Shown piece after piece: positions 26,571 to 37,661 of a stretch of DNA of 64,000 bases. The position numbers and the translations under genes are program-made. The stretch is from a virus: IMG/VR virus record IMGVR_UViG_3300025151_000019, positions 1 through 64,000 of that record; one strand, given 5' to 3'. The notes beneath the pieces are model-generated. The model made no database searches, was not told where the DNA came from, and was given only the letters and a program-made list of their open reading frames with translations. The number at the start of each line of letters is the position of its first letter. Positions within the stretch are counted from its first letter, which is position 1.

Positions 26571-26615
26571 AAGGAGAGGTTGTCGCTACTTTAATAAGTG
26601 GCGGCTTCCTCCCTT
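26571..26615 (+). terminator. Intergenic stem-loop after the capsid operon
   Basis: AAGGAGAGG-TT-GTCGCTACT / AGTGGCGGC-TTCCTCCCTT pairing with G-U pairs. Confidence 0.6.
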
Positions 26616-26635
26616 AATTTAAGAAAGGTGATTAT

Positions 26636-26989
26636 ATGGGCAGAATCCAAAGCAAAAGAATAACTGGCGATACTAATGTTGTAGAACTATTACCCGCCTC
26701 TTTATCTTCAAGAAGAGAAAATCCTTGCACATTTGCAGGTATTGTTGTTAGTGCTATTGATGCAGATGCAACAATTGGTGACGGTTCAGGCGACCAAATT
26801 ATTTCTATCTACTCAGACAATACAGGAACAGGAACAACAAATTTAGTCATGAGAATTTCTCTAATTATTTCCAATACAAATCCTCACTTTATTTTTAAGT
26901 TAGGAGATGATGGAATTCTTTGTCATAGTGGACTTAGAGTTGAATGTGATAATTGGACTAACCTTGAAGCCTTTGTTTTGTATTGCTGA
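26636..26989 (+). CDS. Hypothetical virion protein
   Basis: 117 aa, AGGTGA SD. Confidence 0.7.
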   Translation: MGRIQSKRITGDTNVVELLPASLSSRRENPCTFAGIVVSAIDADATIGDGSGDQIISIYSDNTGTGTTNLVMRISLIISNTNPHFIFKLGDDGILCHSGLRVECDNWTNLEAFVLYC

Positions 26990-26999
26990 GGCGATATAA

Positions 27000-29900
27000 A
27001 TGGAAACAGAAGTAGGCCGCTTTCGTGGCGTGTTTGAAGATGGTTATTCGTGGGATAAAAATACCGCATTAAATTTGTTTTACAACTTTTTAATGCCTAA
27101 CATTCTCACGGGTGGTGGGTATACAAAGCAAAAAATTGCGAAGAAAGGTATTATTTCTTGGGCTACTTCTAAAGAAGATTGGAAGCGACGAGTTCCTGAT
27201 TTTGATATTAATACATTTGATACTATTAATGAGCAAGCATTAAATATTCTTCTAAACACATCTTTGGGCGACTTAAATAATAATCGCTATTATGAAGATG
27301 AGGATGGTAAAGAGGCTGAACAGTCTTTTGACAAACCCGAAGTTACAAGAATTAACAATGATACAGGTGAACCTGAAACTATTAAACTGAAATACGGTAA
27401 AAATTTAACTAATAAGCCAAGCCTTCAAATTGAAACAGATAAACAAAATGTTTATTGGGAATTAAGAGAAGAACTTAAGGTTGCAAGAATAAATGCAGAC
27501 CGCCGTAAAGAAGAACTTAAGGATGCTAAAGGAGAACTTAAGGAAAAGGCAGAAAAGGATTTAGCAGATGCTATTAGTGTGGTTGAGGGGTTATTAAAAG
27601 AATTAGAAACAACCAGAAAAAGAGCATATAATGATGATATTACACTTCGTCAAGTTATGGAAAATGACCCAAAGGTTGAACAGTTCTATTCTGTTGTTGA
27701 ACTTTCTGGTGAAGGTTTAACCGATAGACAAAAAATTGCTTTAGGTATTGTTAGAGAAGTTACTATTACAAATGAGGCTCGTTCTAAAGAAGAATATGAA
27801 CAACTTTATGGCTCAGATATGTTATCATATGAAGAGTTTAAAGAAATGGTTGAGCGTAAAGAAAGAGAATATATTAAAATGTTAGGAATTCCTGCAATTA
27901 TTGATAATAAATTTGCACAACTTTCAGATGAAAGTATTGATGTTGAAATTAGATTGGTTGATTTATTATCTAATAATAATCTTCCTACTAAAAGATTTTT
28001 AGATATTATTAAAGAACTTGACTACCCCCTTACTATTGGAGAAACTACATACGATGGCGTATCAGCAATAACTGATTCTATTAAAAATAAAATGGCTGAT
28101 AAGAAAAAACTAACTAATTTATTCCAATTTATTGTCAAAAGATGGTATAGTAAAAATATTCAACCTTTCTTAAATCAGCAAGCAGAATTTACAATTACCG
28201 AAACTACTCTTGAAAAGCCAGATTTAAAAGATAATCCCGTTAGAATTAGTAAAGAAAATTTACTAAATTATGTTACTGATTGGGAAGAACAAAGATTAAT
28301 TTCAGATGATGTATTTAAAATTGCAGGCAAATCTGATGCTACCCAAGCAAAGTTAAAAATTCAATTAGACTTTAAAGATAAGGGGGTAAGTATGGAAAGT
28401 GCTTTTGCCGCAGAAGTTGGTGCTACTTCTACTGATGTAATTAGTCAGGTTAAGGAAAGAGGCACTAAAAGGGGAGATATTAATATTGACTATGTTATTA
28501 ACTTAAAAAGTAATAATGAATTTAAGGAAGAACTTCCGTTACTTGAAGCACAAGATATTTTTAAAAATATTGGTCCAGTTTTAACAAGATACGGAATGAG
28601 AACTAAAACTTCTCCTGACGAAGCGGCAAAAAATGCTGCCCGAAAATTTTTAACACGAGGTAAATTTAACATCCTTGTAGAGTTTTTAAATTTAATAAAG
28701 GACTTAAAGGAAGCCGAAGAAAAGGATTTAGGTCAGTCTTTATTTGATGAAAGGACTGAAAGCCTATTACTTGAACTTAATACAAAGTTATTTTTTAGTG
28801 GTGATAAATTTAAGTATGATTATTTAACTTTTATTGAAAAACTTACCAGCAGTAGAACCAATTTAGGTAAAAATATTATAAAACAAATGGAAAAACTTAG
28901 TAATTTAGCGGGCTTTTTAGATATTTTTATTGAGGAAAATATGGATATTATTCAAGGCTTTGAAGAAGAAATTGAAGACCTTTCAGAATTATCTGAAGAT
29001 GATAGGAAGGAAAGATTAAAAGAAATAGAAAGCGAGTCTCGCCGTAATATTGCTTCAGAACAAGAAAGACAGGAAGCGGCAGAAGAAAGAGAATTAGAGA
29101 TTGAACAAGAAGAAGCAGGTTCAACTGATGAAGAAGGTGAAGGTAGATTAATCGGTTCAATGGTTGAAGGCGTTGGAGAAGAAATGGAAATGTTAGAAAA
29201 TATTGCAGATAACCAAAAGGTTGTTGAAGCATTACTTAGCATTATTGACGACAAGGATAATTTTGATAAAAGCGTGGTAAGTATTCCACTTCTAAAGAAC
29301 AGTATTAAGAGTGCAAGAAAGGCCGCAGAAGAAAAAATTAACACTCCAAGTTTTAGAAAGTCGGTTAAAAGATTTGCTGGACTACTAAAACAACTTCTTG
29401 GAAGAGATGAAACACTTTCAGATGCAGATACTATGGATGATTTAGAAAGAGATACGGATAATTTAATTGAAATAATTAAAAATATTGAAGGTGATTCAGT
29501 TAATGAAGAAACGAGAATTGCAATTAAACAATATAAAGTAATTATTACAAATTATTGGAATGCTATCCTTAAACAAAAAGGTAATAAATTAATTGATAAA
29601 ACAAAATTATTAGCAATTATTCCCAAATTAAATTTAGAAAGAGGAATTGCAGAAGATATGCTAAGAGACAAAGCATTTAACGATGGCCGCTTAGGTAAAA
29701 TTACTTTAACTTCTAAAAAATTAGTATTGTCTTTAGACTACATGAACAGACAAGCACAATTAAAAGGAAAAATTTCTTGGAAATCTACGGCAACCTCTAC
29801 AATTTCATACAAAATTCAGGGTGGTAAAGCACCAAAATACCCAGGCGCATTAGGTGAAACATCATCACAAAAAGCCTTAAGGGGTAAATTTATGACATAT

Positions 29901-30014
29901 CAAGGTAAAGAACAGGACATTTCATACAGGGCTAATCCTGTTGATGAACTTCGCTATGAATTTTTCCAAGAAGTTAAACGCAATATGCAAGTTTTGATGG
30001 GGGTTATTAAATGA
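27000..30014 (+). CDS. Large acidic hypothetical protein (1004 aa)
   Basis: Long ORF between head and neck genes. Confidence 0.8.
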   Translation: METEVGRFRGVFEDGYSWDKNTALNLFYNFLMPNILTGGGYTKQKIAKKGIISWATSKEDWKRRVPDFDINTFDTINEQALNILLNTSLGDLNNNRYYEDEDGKEAEQSFDKPEVTRINNDTGEPETIKLKYGKNLTNKPSLQIETDKQNVYWELREELKVARINADRRKEELKDAKGELKEKAEKDLADAISVVEGLLKELETTRKRAYNDDITLRQVMENDPKVEQFYSVVELSGEGLTDRQKIALGIVREVTITNEARSKEEYEQLYGSDMLSYEEFKEMVERKEREYIKMLGIPAIIDNKFAQLSDESIDVEIRLVDLLSNNNLPTKRFLDIIKELDYPLTIGETTYDGVSAITDSIKNKMADKKKLTNLFQFIVKRWYSKNIQPFLNQQAEFTITETTLEKPDLKDNPVRISKENLLNYVTDWEEQRLISDDVFKIAGKSDATQAKLKIQLDFKDKGVSMESAFAAEVGATSTDVISQVKERGTKRGDINIDYVINLKSNNEFKEELPLLEAQDIFKNIGPVLTRYGMRTKTSPDEAAKNAARKFLTRGKFNILVEFLNLIKDLKEAEEKDLGQSLFDERTESLLLELNTKLFFSGDKFKYDYLTFIEKLTSSRTNLGKNIIKQMEKLSNLAGFLDIFIEENMDIIQGFEEEIEDLSELSEDDRKERLKEIESESRRNIASEQERQEAAEERELEIEQEEAGSTDEEGEGRLIGSMVEGVGEEMEMLENIADNQKVVEALLSIIDDKDNFDKSVVSIPLLKNSIKSARKAAEEKINTPSFRKSVKRFAGLLKQLLGRDETLSDADTMDDLERDTDNLIEIIKNIEGDSVNEETRIAIKQYKVIITNYWNAILKQKGNKLIDKTKLLAIIPKLNLERGIAEDMLRDKAFNDGRLGKITLTSKKLVLSLDYMNRQAQLKGKISWKSTATSTISYKIQGGKAPKYPGALGETSSQKALRGKFMTYQGKEQDISYRANPVDELRYEFFQEVKRNMQVLMGVIK

Positions 30015-31105
30015 TTATTAGACCCTCCGATACAGGTTTAAATACACTAAACTATGATAGCGGTGTTGGACATTATACAAACATGTCCAAGATTACAGAC
30101 CTATTAGGTATTGCACCATTTACTGCTGATACCATTCCTACATTAGCCACCGTTGGTGAATATATTAGAAGGGCTGAAGATTATATTGATGAATATACTA
30201 AGCAATCTTGGAGGCCAACAATTGTAGAAAATGAGTTCCATGATTTTGATTTTCAATGGGAACGAATGTATCGTTATAGTCCCGATTACAGACACACAGA
30301 TTATGTAGGACTTATTCGCCTACATCGTGAGGATATTAGAAAGGTGTTAAGACTTTGTGCATGGAAAGGAAATGCTTGGGAAGAGTTAGCAGGTGCTACT
30401 GCTACCATTAATGTGACTGACTATACCAACATTACAAACATTGTTTTGCGTCTTCCTAATAGCGGAGAAACTTTTACTTTACTATCGCATCCCACAAGTG
30501 CAGGTTCTTTTAATAGCACATATGGTAATACTACTACTGCTCAAGAAATTGTTTATTTGATTAATGAACAAGTTCCTGTTAATACAAGAGATTTTACTGG
30601 TTCTAATGGTAAGAAATCCTTTCAAGGAACGGCAGGTTCAAACATTAGCAAGTTCTTTTATGCTTCATTAGAAGAAGATAACTCAATTTTAATCTCCTCT
30701 TTATTGCCTTCCGACGATGGTAAAAACTGCACAATTACTGTTTCTGGTAGTGGACTATCTAAAACTGACTTTGCAGATAATGAAAGTCGTGGTCGTGATA
30801 ACGATTGGTGGTTAGACAACCCAACAGGAACAGTCTTCTTTAGAACCACATACCCATACCAAGTTAAGCATTCATTAAAGTGCACTTATCAAACGGGCAA
30901 ACAAACAGTCCCTGCAATTATTACAGAAGCCGCTACAAAATTAGTAGCGTGTGAATTAATGTCTTCTGATGATAATACTTTGTTATTAGGAGAATCTGCG
31001 GAATCAGGTTTGGATATTAAAACCAAGTTTGATACATATAAGCAGGAAGTTGAAAAGATTTTAAATATGAAGAAGCGTCTAATATATTTGATAGATAGTG
31101 ATTGA
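30011..31105 (+). CDS. Head-tail adaptor-like protein with inserted beta domain
   Basis: IRRAEDYIDEYT...Y.TG...VPAIITEAATKLVA pattern; position. Confidence 0.65.
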   Translation: MIIRPSDTGLNTLNYDSGVGHYTNMSKITDLLGIAPFTADTIPTLATVGEYIRRAEDYIDEYTKQSWRPTIVENEFHDFDFQWERMYRYSPDYRHTDYVGLIRLHREDIRKVLRLCAWKGNAWEELAGATATINVTDYTNITNIVLRLPNSGETFTLLSHPTSAGSFNSTYGNTTTAQEIVYLINEQVPVNTRDFTGSNGKKSFQGTAGSNISKFFYASLEEDNSILISSLLPSDDGKNCTITVSGSGLSKTDFADNESRGRDNDWWLDNPTGTVFFRTTYPYQVKHSLKCTYQTGKQTVPAIITEAATKLVACELMSSDDNTLLLGESAESGLDIKTKFDTYKQEVEKILNMKKRLIYLIDSD

Positions 31106-31106
31106 T

Positions 31107-31325
31107 ATGTTTTTTAATGAAAAGGATATTGACGCAATTATCAAACTTAAAGAAGATATTAGTGATATTCGTAGAAAAATTATTGAAGACAACCAGCAAA
31201 TACAAGAATTTACAAAACAATTTTTAGGGGCACAAATTAGTGAAGAAGTTATGGCAAAAATTATTGACCATGAGGTAAGCCAAGAAATAGCAAGAAGAAT
31301 TAGGAGGGATATTCTTGGTGAGTGA
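31107..31325 (+). CDS. Hypothetical protein
   Basis: ~72 aa in the neck cluster. Confidence 0.6.
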   Translation: MFFNEKDIDAIIKLKEDISDIRRKIIEDNQQIQEFTKQFLGAQISEEVMAKIIDHEVSQEIARRIRRDILGE

Positions 31326-31932
31326 AACTGAATACTTAGTTAAATTACTTGATGAAAATTGGAATGCTGCTATTTCTGCATTAAAAACTACGGGAGGTAA
31401 TGGAACATTAGAGGATGTTCATGCTGTTCACCCTATTATTTTAGATATTAGAGATATGTCTGCTGGTAAAAGCACCGACTCTAAAGGTAGGTCTTTAGGT
31501 GGTAATAGAATTAATACCGCAAGTAAAAAAGAATCTACAAACGCAGACACTTATATTTATTCACGAGATATTATTGTTGTTTCTGAAGCATCAAATAGTA
31601 TTGAATATCCTTCTCTTGCATATGATTATAGAACTGAAACATTCAATATGTCAATCAGTATTAGAACGAGGCAAGACGATAGAATACTCAATGATGATAC
31701 AAGAGTAAGTCCTACAAGCGATTTTGGAACTAAAAGAATCCGTAGCCTTTATTTACTTGTTAGATATATCATTGAACAGAAGAGGCGAGGTTGGTTCAGG
31801 TCAGGCTCTATACTTTATGAAAATATTCATGTCATAACATTTGGCGATAGAACAGAAAGTAATGACAAGAAGAATAGAATTTTTGGATATAAAATAAATG
31901 TTGTTATGAAAAGATTTGCACAACCTGTGTAG
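31315..31932 (+). CDS. Putative tail terminator/completion protein
   Basis: Directly upstream of the tail tube; function inferred from position. Confidence 0.5.
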   Translation: MVSETEYLVKLLDENWNAAISALKTTGGNGTLEDVHAVHPIILDIRDMSAGKSTDSKGRSLGGNRINTASKKESTNADTYIYSRDIIVVSEASNSIEYPSLAYDYRTETFNMSISIRTRQDDRILNDDTRVSPTSDFGTKRIRSLYLLVRYIIEQKRRGWFRSGSILYENIHVITFGDRTESNDKKNRIFGYKINVVMKRFAQPV

Positions 31933-31960
31933 ACAAAAAGTAAGTAAAAGGTGAACAAAA

Positions 31961-34201
31961 ATGGTATCAAATGAAGTATGGATGGGTTCAGGACAAAGCG
32001 TTACGATGATTCCCGAAAGTGAATTATTCTTAGGCTATATGCCCTTCGGCCCAACCTTAGGAAGAACAGGAACGAACAGAAGTCATTTAATCAAGTATTC
32101 TCTTGGTTATGCTTTAGATGGAACAGGAGTAACTATCGGAACAACAAAAAAGTTTTCCGATTATTATGAATTAGTTCCTGATTTGTATATCGGTTGCACC
32201 GCTAAATTTTATTACACTACTGATTCATCAGCCGCAACTCTTAGATTTACAGCAAGAGTGGCCGCTAATGATGCAGATGCTATTTATTTTTCAGGTAATA
32301 TTGATGATTTTAAATCATTGTATAATAAAGACACACCTACTGCAACAAACCCAAGAGGTTATATTGTGTTAGAAGCAAATGGGGCAGTTGTGCCTGCACC
32401 TCATTCATATGAATTAATTGATAGTGCAGTAACCAGCACAAATGCTGGCGACTCTACTATTGGTTCTGTTTTAGGTAATGGGCAAAAGTTTGTTATTGGT
32501 GATATTATTAGAAATTCATCGGGGACCGAAGTAGGTAGAGTTATTACTACTTCTACTGACGGAAGTTTAACGGCTACTATTACTGACCCTACATCCTCTT
32601 CAACACATTTACATCTTATTACTTCTTCAATCGGGACTGTAAGTGGAACTCCCTCTCTTGCTTCAACAAGCATTAGCACAATTACTACTTCAGTTAATTT
32701 AACTGGAACTCTTACTGCTGGTGATTGGATTAGTATTCATTCATCAGCGACGGTATCTTCGTCTACTCAGGCGGGTAGAGTTATTTCTACTACTTCTACT
32801 ACTGTTAAAGTGGGCCTAATTGCTGCATCTGATAATCCTGCTAATGGGGAACATATTTTCTTGGGTAAAAGAATTACAGATGGTAATGGGCATACGACAG
32901 TTTATAGAGTGTCCCCAAGAACACTTTCTAATCATTGGCTTGGTTTAACTAATTCTATTACTTACCCTACAACAGATATTGAGATGAAGCAAATGAATTT
33001 GTCTTTGGGTGGAACGAGAAACTTTAGTTATCAATATAAGGGTATGGAAACTTCGGGTCAAGCATCACTTGATATTAATTTAAATCACGGTGCTTGGTTG
33101 CTTTATGCATTCGGAAGTTTGTCAAGTGTTTCTGCTACTAAAACGGCAGATAGAACCCACACTAACAATTTCCAAATTGATTCTGCTGATACCGCTTCAA
33201 ACCATTTACTTTATGCAGGTGTTAATACTGATGCTGATGATAGAGCATCTTCAGGACATACAACTCTTAATGGAAAATTCCACAGAACTTTAAAAGGTTC
33301 TACTGCTCTGTGTCCTCCGCTATTACCAAACACCAGCGCATTTTTAGTTACTGCCCCAACAACTAATGTCTCAAGTGGGGCATTACAGGATGGTATTACA
33401 TATACTTTGGCTGAGAGCAACGATGCTAAACTCCCCTCGTTTGCTATGGAGTTATTGGTTCAAAAGCCATCTGTTTTGGATGGAACTTCTCAATCATTAA
33501 TGGTTGATAGAAACACATACAACGAAAGCGTGTATGCTCAAATCTATCCTCGCTTGGTTGTTTCTGATATGTCCTTGAGTGCAAATGAAAATGAAGAACT
33601 TAAGGCTTCTATTAATCTTAACAGTAAGACTGTCTTTGAAGCACCCGATGGTTATGTTGGAAAGTGTTATGATTCTACAAATAACGACACTACGGAGTTT
33701 AAGAATTTGCTTAACTTTGGACAACAGACTGGCGTTAATACACAAATTGAACAAAGTTTCTTAGACCCATTCTTTTTCAGCAACGGTAGCATTTCATTAT
33801 TTGGACAGGAATTCCTCAAGGTTTCCTCCTTTTCTCTCAACATCCAAAATGGTGTTGCTGACAAAAGATATGTTGGACAATACAACAACCGTATTAAAGA
33901 CTATGTTACGGGTCAAAGAACCTATGAAGTAACTATTACCGCATTAGTTACCGATAGAAGAATCTTTGATGAACTTAGAAAACTCTCCCCGAATCGTGTT
34001 GCATTGGGTGATGCACTAATTGATTTAGAATTTACTAAAGAAAATGGTGAAAGCATTACTCTAAACTTTGACGACTACATGATTTCTACAACAAACTGGC
34101 CTTTGCAAGATGATAGAGGTCCAGTATTAGTAGACTTTACAATCATGCCGTTAAGAGTCAATAGCGTTAGCACTACGACTCATTGGGTTATGCAATCTTA
34201 A
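31961..34201 (+). CDS. Major tail tube protein with large Thr/Ser-rich insertions
   Basis: C-terminal FSLNIQNG...GQRTYEVTITA tube-like segment; precedes chaperone and TMP. Confidence 0.75.
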   Translation: MVSNEVWMGSGQSVTMIPESELFLGYMPFGPTLGRTGTNRSHLIKYSLGYALDGTGVTIGTTKKFSDYYELVPDLYIGCTAKFYYTTDSSAATLRFTARVAANDADAIYFSGNIDDFKSLYNKDTPTATNPRGYIVLEANGAVVPAPHSYELIDSAVTSTNAGDSTIGSVLGNGQKFVIGDIIRNSSGTEVGRVITTSTDGSLTATITDPTSSSTHLHLITSSIGTVSGTPSLASTSISTITTSVNLTGTLTAGDWISIHSSATVSSSTQAGRVISTTSTTVKVGLIAASDNPANGEHIFLGKRITDGNGHTTVYRVSPRTLSNHWLGLTNSITYPTTDIEMKQMNLSLGGTRNFSYQYKGMETSGQASLDINLNHGAWLLYAFGSLSSVSATKTADRTHTNNFQIDSADTASNHLLYAGVNTDADDRASSGHTTLNGKFHRTLKGSTALCPPLLPNTSAFLVTAPTTNVSSGALQDGITYTLAESNDAKLPSFAMELLVQKPSVLDGTSQSLMVDRNTYNESVYAQIYPRLVVSDMSLSANENEELKASINLNSKTVFEAPDGYVGKCYDSTNNDTTEFKNLLNFGQQTGVNTQIEQSFLDPFFFSNGSISLFGQEFLKVSSFSLNIQNGVADKRYVGQYNNRIKDYVTGQRTYEVTITALVTDRRIFDELRKLSPNRVALGDALIDLEFTKENGESITLNFDDYMISTTNWPLQDDRGPVLVDFTIMPLRVNSVSTTTHWVMQS

Positions 34202-34234
34202 GGGGATGAAATATTATGAAAAAAGGTGAATATT

Positions 34235-34603
34235 ATGGAACAAAAAAAGGTTTTGAGCGATAAAAGTAAATTGTTGGTAGGGAACGAATCTGAATTACAT
34301 TATGTTAGAATTGACCCTGTTGAAGAAGAATACATTAAAGTATGGATTAAAGAGCCAACATATCTACAATTAGAAAAAGCACAGATGAAATTATTTAACA
34401 TGAATATGGGTAAGCAAGAAGTTAATCTTGATATGAACGAAGTTTATAGATATTTATGGGATGCTTTTGTCCACAAAACCGAACCTCACCTAACCGCATT
34501 AGATTTAGTTCGTCTTAAGCCATATGTAGGAAAACAAATTAGAGATATTCTTCCAGACCCCTTCGCAATCTTGGAGGGTGATGCTGATTTAAAAGAGCAA
34601 TAA
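34235..34603 (+). CDS. Tail assembly chaperone (gpG-like)
   Basis: Between tube and TMP; slippery T TTA AAA at 34588-34594. Confidence 0.8.
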   Translation: MEQKKVLSDKSKLLVGNESELHYVRIDPVEEEYIKVWIKEPTYLQLEKAQMKLFNMNMGKQEVNLDMNEVYRYLWDAFVHKTEPHLTALDLVRLKPYVGKQIRDILPDPFAILEGDADLKEQ

Positions 34604-34809
34604 GGAGTGCTATTAGAACAGGAAAAGTAGACAATCCTAAAGTAGCATCCCGACTTACTCTTTATACATTAGCAAAACATCTCAATATGAGTCCAAAAGA
34701 AGTATTTGATTTACCTATAAGTTTAGTTCAAGAATTACTATTAGTGCATCAAGAAATAGAATCATTTAAAGCAGATAAAATACAAGAAAGTTTGAAAAAG
34801 GTGAATTAA
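34594..34809 (+). CDS. -1 frameshift extension of tail chaperone (gpT-like)
   Basis: Open -1 frame RAIRSAIRTG...LAKHLNMSPKEVFDLP...LKKVN*, ending just before the TMP ATG at 34811. Confidence 0.75.
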   Translation, partial: RAIRSAIRTGKVDNPKVASRLTLYTLAKHLNMSPKEVFDLPISLVQELLLVHQEIESFKADKIQESLKKVN

Positions 34810-34810
34810 T

Positions 34811-36892
34811 ATGGCAAGCCAAGCCGAAAGAGATGCTGAAGTTCTAAAAGACACCTTTAATAATTTAACAGAATCTATTAGAAAAAGTGCCGCAGAAAGC
34901 GGTAAATTAAAGCAGACCTTCTTAGATTTATCTTCTACTGCAAATGCTTCTGGTCAAGCATGGACTGTCGTTTCTCGTCTTACTTCAGGAACAGGTTTTT
35001 GGAAAATTCAGAACAGGATTCGTGCATTTTCTAACTTCTTTCAATTTCAAGAGAAGAGATTAAATGAACAAGTAGAGAGAGAAACAAAACAAATTCAATT
35101 AATTAAAGACCAAATTATTGAAAGAGAAAGACTAGCAAAGGCTCAAGAAACACTTAATAAAATTCAAGCGGGAAGTGCTACATCTGCTGAAAGGCAGGCT
35201 TTCTTTATGTCTGACCAATTTAGATACTTGGAAGGTATTTTTGGTAGAACACAAGCAATTGAAAAAATGTCTACTAAAATTGAAACTGCTCAAAGTAATC
35301 TAATAAGAAATGCAGGTATTAGAAGAGAGATTAGAGGAGAAGCCATGAGGCGAGATTTTGAAAGTGAACTTAGTGCATCTGAAAAATTCTTTAATCCAAG
35401 AGGCGGAGTTCTTAGGACTTTAACTGAAGTGGCTGGAGGAAAATTTGGTTTTAATCCAGGAGGTTTATTTGCAGGTGGGGGTTCAAGAAAAATTGCTAAT
35501 ATATTCCGTAGTGGTGGAAAACTTGCTTTTGGTAAATTTGGACAACAAGCACCAATAGATGCTATGGACCCAAATAGTAGAACATCAATGTTTAGAAAAT
35601 TAACAAAAGAGCAAGAAGGATTGTTTGCAGAATTGTATGATACTCATGCTAATTTTAGACAACTTCAAGAAGATACTAAGGTAGCAGTAAAAGAAGAGAA
35701 AGAAGCAAATGAAGAATATATTAGAATAAGAGAAGAATTTAATGCTGCAACTGATGAAGCGGATAAAGTTATTTTAAGAGAAAAACTAAAAGAAGCAGCA
35801 CAAATAAAAGATGAAGCAGAAGAAAGAGCAAAATTACTTGGTGAGGAAAAGAAAGAAACTCTTGAAAAACGAAATAAACAAAAAGTTGAACTTCAATCTC
35901 AGGGTGTTAAAACAGTTTTATCAGGTGATGAAGCAGAAATTAAAGATGTAAATAAAAAACAATTAACGCTAATGGAACATATTGAGAAAACTAAATTTTT
36001 CCAAAAGGCAAAAGAACGCTATGAAGCAATAAAGGGTATTAATTTTAGAGGTATTTTTTCTTCACTAATGACATTTTTAAGAGCCGCCATTATTTATGGT
36101 GGTTTAATTATAGGCTTACTAATGCTTCTTAAGACATTAGGAGTTATTGATTTAGTAGTTGAATACTTTAGTCAATTTGCAAGATTCGCTATATCTATCT
36201 ATGAAGCAATTGTAGAAGCATTTTCAAAACTTATTGTGTTTGGTGCCGCCTTATTTACTTTCTTTACTGTTCTATTAACAGGTAATAGGACTGAATCATT
36301 CAAAGCATTAGGTGATTTGATATTTACATTTGCAGACTTTTTGTTAAATGGTATTGGTGGTGTTCTTACTTCTTTAATTGGTGGTGTGTTTAAATTTGTA
36401 TTGGGTGGTCTTTTTGTTTCTCTTGGTAATATGGTTACCAGAGGAACTCGTGATGCTGTTCAAGAAGGTCTTGATAAATTAATTGATGCTATTTTAAATG
36501 TTCCATTATTAGGTTCTTTTATGAAATCAGGTGGTGCAAAGGTAGGTGCTACAATTGGATTTGCAGTAGGAGGTCCTGTCGGTGCTATTATTGGTGCAGT
36601 AGCAGGATATGGTTTAGGTGCTGGTGTTGATATGATAGCAGGTGCTAAAGCGATGGGAGGACCAATTAATAAATCAGGAACATACCTTGTAGGTGAACAA
36701 GGACCAGAATTAGTTTCATTGGCCGCAGGTCAATATGTTACTCCTAATCATCAATTGGGAGGAACAGTTAATATTCACATTAATGGTAGAGTTGGTGCAA
36801 GTGAAACTGAACTCCGAGATATTGGAAATAGACTTGGAGATATAATTAATAATAGAGGAAATCGTGTAGGAAATACAAGAATGTTTAGGTGA
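34811..36892 (+). CDS. Tape measure protein
   Basis: Helical and hydrophobic repeats; C-terminal AMGGP...YLVGEQGPELV. Confidence 0.88.
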   Translation: MASQAERDAEVLKDTFNNLTESIRKSAAESGKLKQTFLDLSSTANASGQAWTVVSRLTSGTGFWKIQNRIRAFSNFFQFQEKRLNEQVERETKQIQLIKDQIIERERLAKAQETLNKIQAGSATSAERQAFFMSDQFRYLEGIFGRTQAIEKMSTKIETAQSNLIRNAGIRREIRGEAMRRDFESELSASEKFFNPRGGVLRTLTEVAGGKFGFNPGGLFAGGGSRKIANIFRSGGKLAFGKFGQQAPIDAMDPNSRTSMFRKLTKEQEGLFAELYDTHANFRQLQEDTKVAVKEEKEANEEYIRIREEFNAATDEADKVILREKLKEAAQIKDEAEERAKLLGEEKKETLEKRNKQKVELQSQGVKTVLSGDEAEIKDVNKKQLTLMEHIEKTKFFQKAKERYEAIKGINFRGIFSSLMTFLRAAIIYGGLIIGLLMLLKTLGVIDLVVEYFSQFARFAISIYEAIVEAFSKLIVFGAALFTFFTVLLTGNRTESFKALGDLIFTFADFLLNGIGGVLTSLIGGVFKFVLGGLFVSLGNMVTRGTRDAVQEGLDKLIDAILNVPLLGSFMKSGGAKVGATIGFAVGGPVGAIIGAVAGYGLGAGVDMIAGAKAMGGPINKSGTYLVGEQGPELVSLAAGQYVTPNHQLGGTVNIHINGRVGASETELRDIGNRLGDIINNRGNRVGNTRMFR

Positions 36893-36896
36893 TTAA

Positions 36897-37652
36897 ATGA
36901 CAATTTATAATACAAATTATGTTACAGATGCTATGTCAAATGATGATAGTAGCAAGCCATTACATCATGTTTTTCTTAATCTAAAAGCAAGACACCCAGA
37001 CCATACAAGTAATAATTTTGAAACAAACCGTATTGGTTTAAAATGTGAAACTATTGGTATTTCAACAGGAAGAACTATTCCTTCTGTTCCAATTCCAGGT
37101 ATGGGTGTTATTACAGGTGAGTCGCAAACTATTGCTATGGATTTAGGAATGGCGAGTAAAACAATCAATATGTCAGGAATTATTACTAATCAAGTTATTA
37201 ATAAAGTATTTGACGATGTAGAAGATGGAGAAGAAGAAAGTCCAACAGTTGAAATGACAGCATTTGAAGTGGCTCAATTATTACATTCATTTGTTGATTC
37301 TTCAGGATTTCAAAAACATCAAACTTTAAACGAATTAATTATTTTAATTCCAAGTAGAGTAGACCATAAATATGAATATTATTCTTATTTACCAGAAAAA
37401 GACGACCCTACTAATTTATCACCTGTTGAACATCTACCTTTAATTCCATTTACATACAAAGTTAGAAATCAGGATAACAAAGGAACAATATTTAATGCAA
37501 TTCCAGGCCATCAAAATTTTCCTAGCCCAATTCAAGATACAGAAGAGATTACAGGACTCAGGGGATTCATTAGAAGTTTTAGCACAACACTAACTGCTGG
37601 ACAACCTTTCGTGCAATTTAACTTAGATTTTGAAGTAGCATTAGTTATTTGA
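36897..37652 (+). CDS. Putative distal tail/baseplate protein
   Basis: Directly after TMP. Confidence 0.55.
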   Translation: MTIYNTNYVTDAMSNDDSSKPLHHVFLNLKARHPDHTSNNFETNRIGLKCETIGISTGRTIPSVPIPGMGVITGESQTIAMDLGMASKTINMSGIITNQVINKVFDDVEDGEEESPTVEMTAFEVAQLLHSFVDSSGFQKHQTLNELIILIPSRVDHKYEYYSYLPEKDDPTNLSPVEHLPLIPFTYKVRNQDNKGTIFNAIPGHQNFPSPIQDTEEITGLRGFIRSFSTTLTAGQPFVQFNLDFEVALVI

Positions 37653-37661
37653 GGGGTTACA

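Noticed and set aside
6095-30014. Virion RNA polymerase among the giant ORFs
   Set aside because: No NADFDGD/DxDGD-type motif seen; a very divergent enzyme cannot be excluded without a structure search
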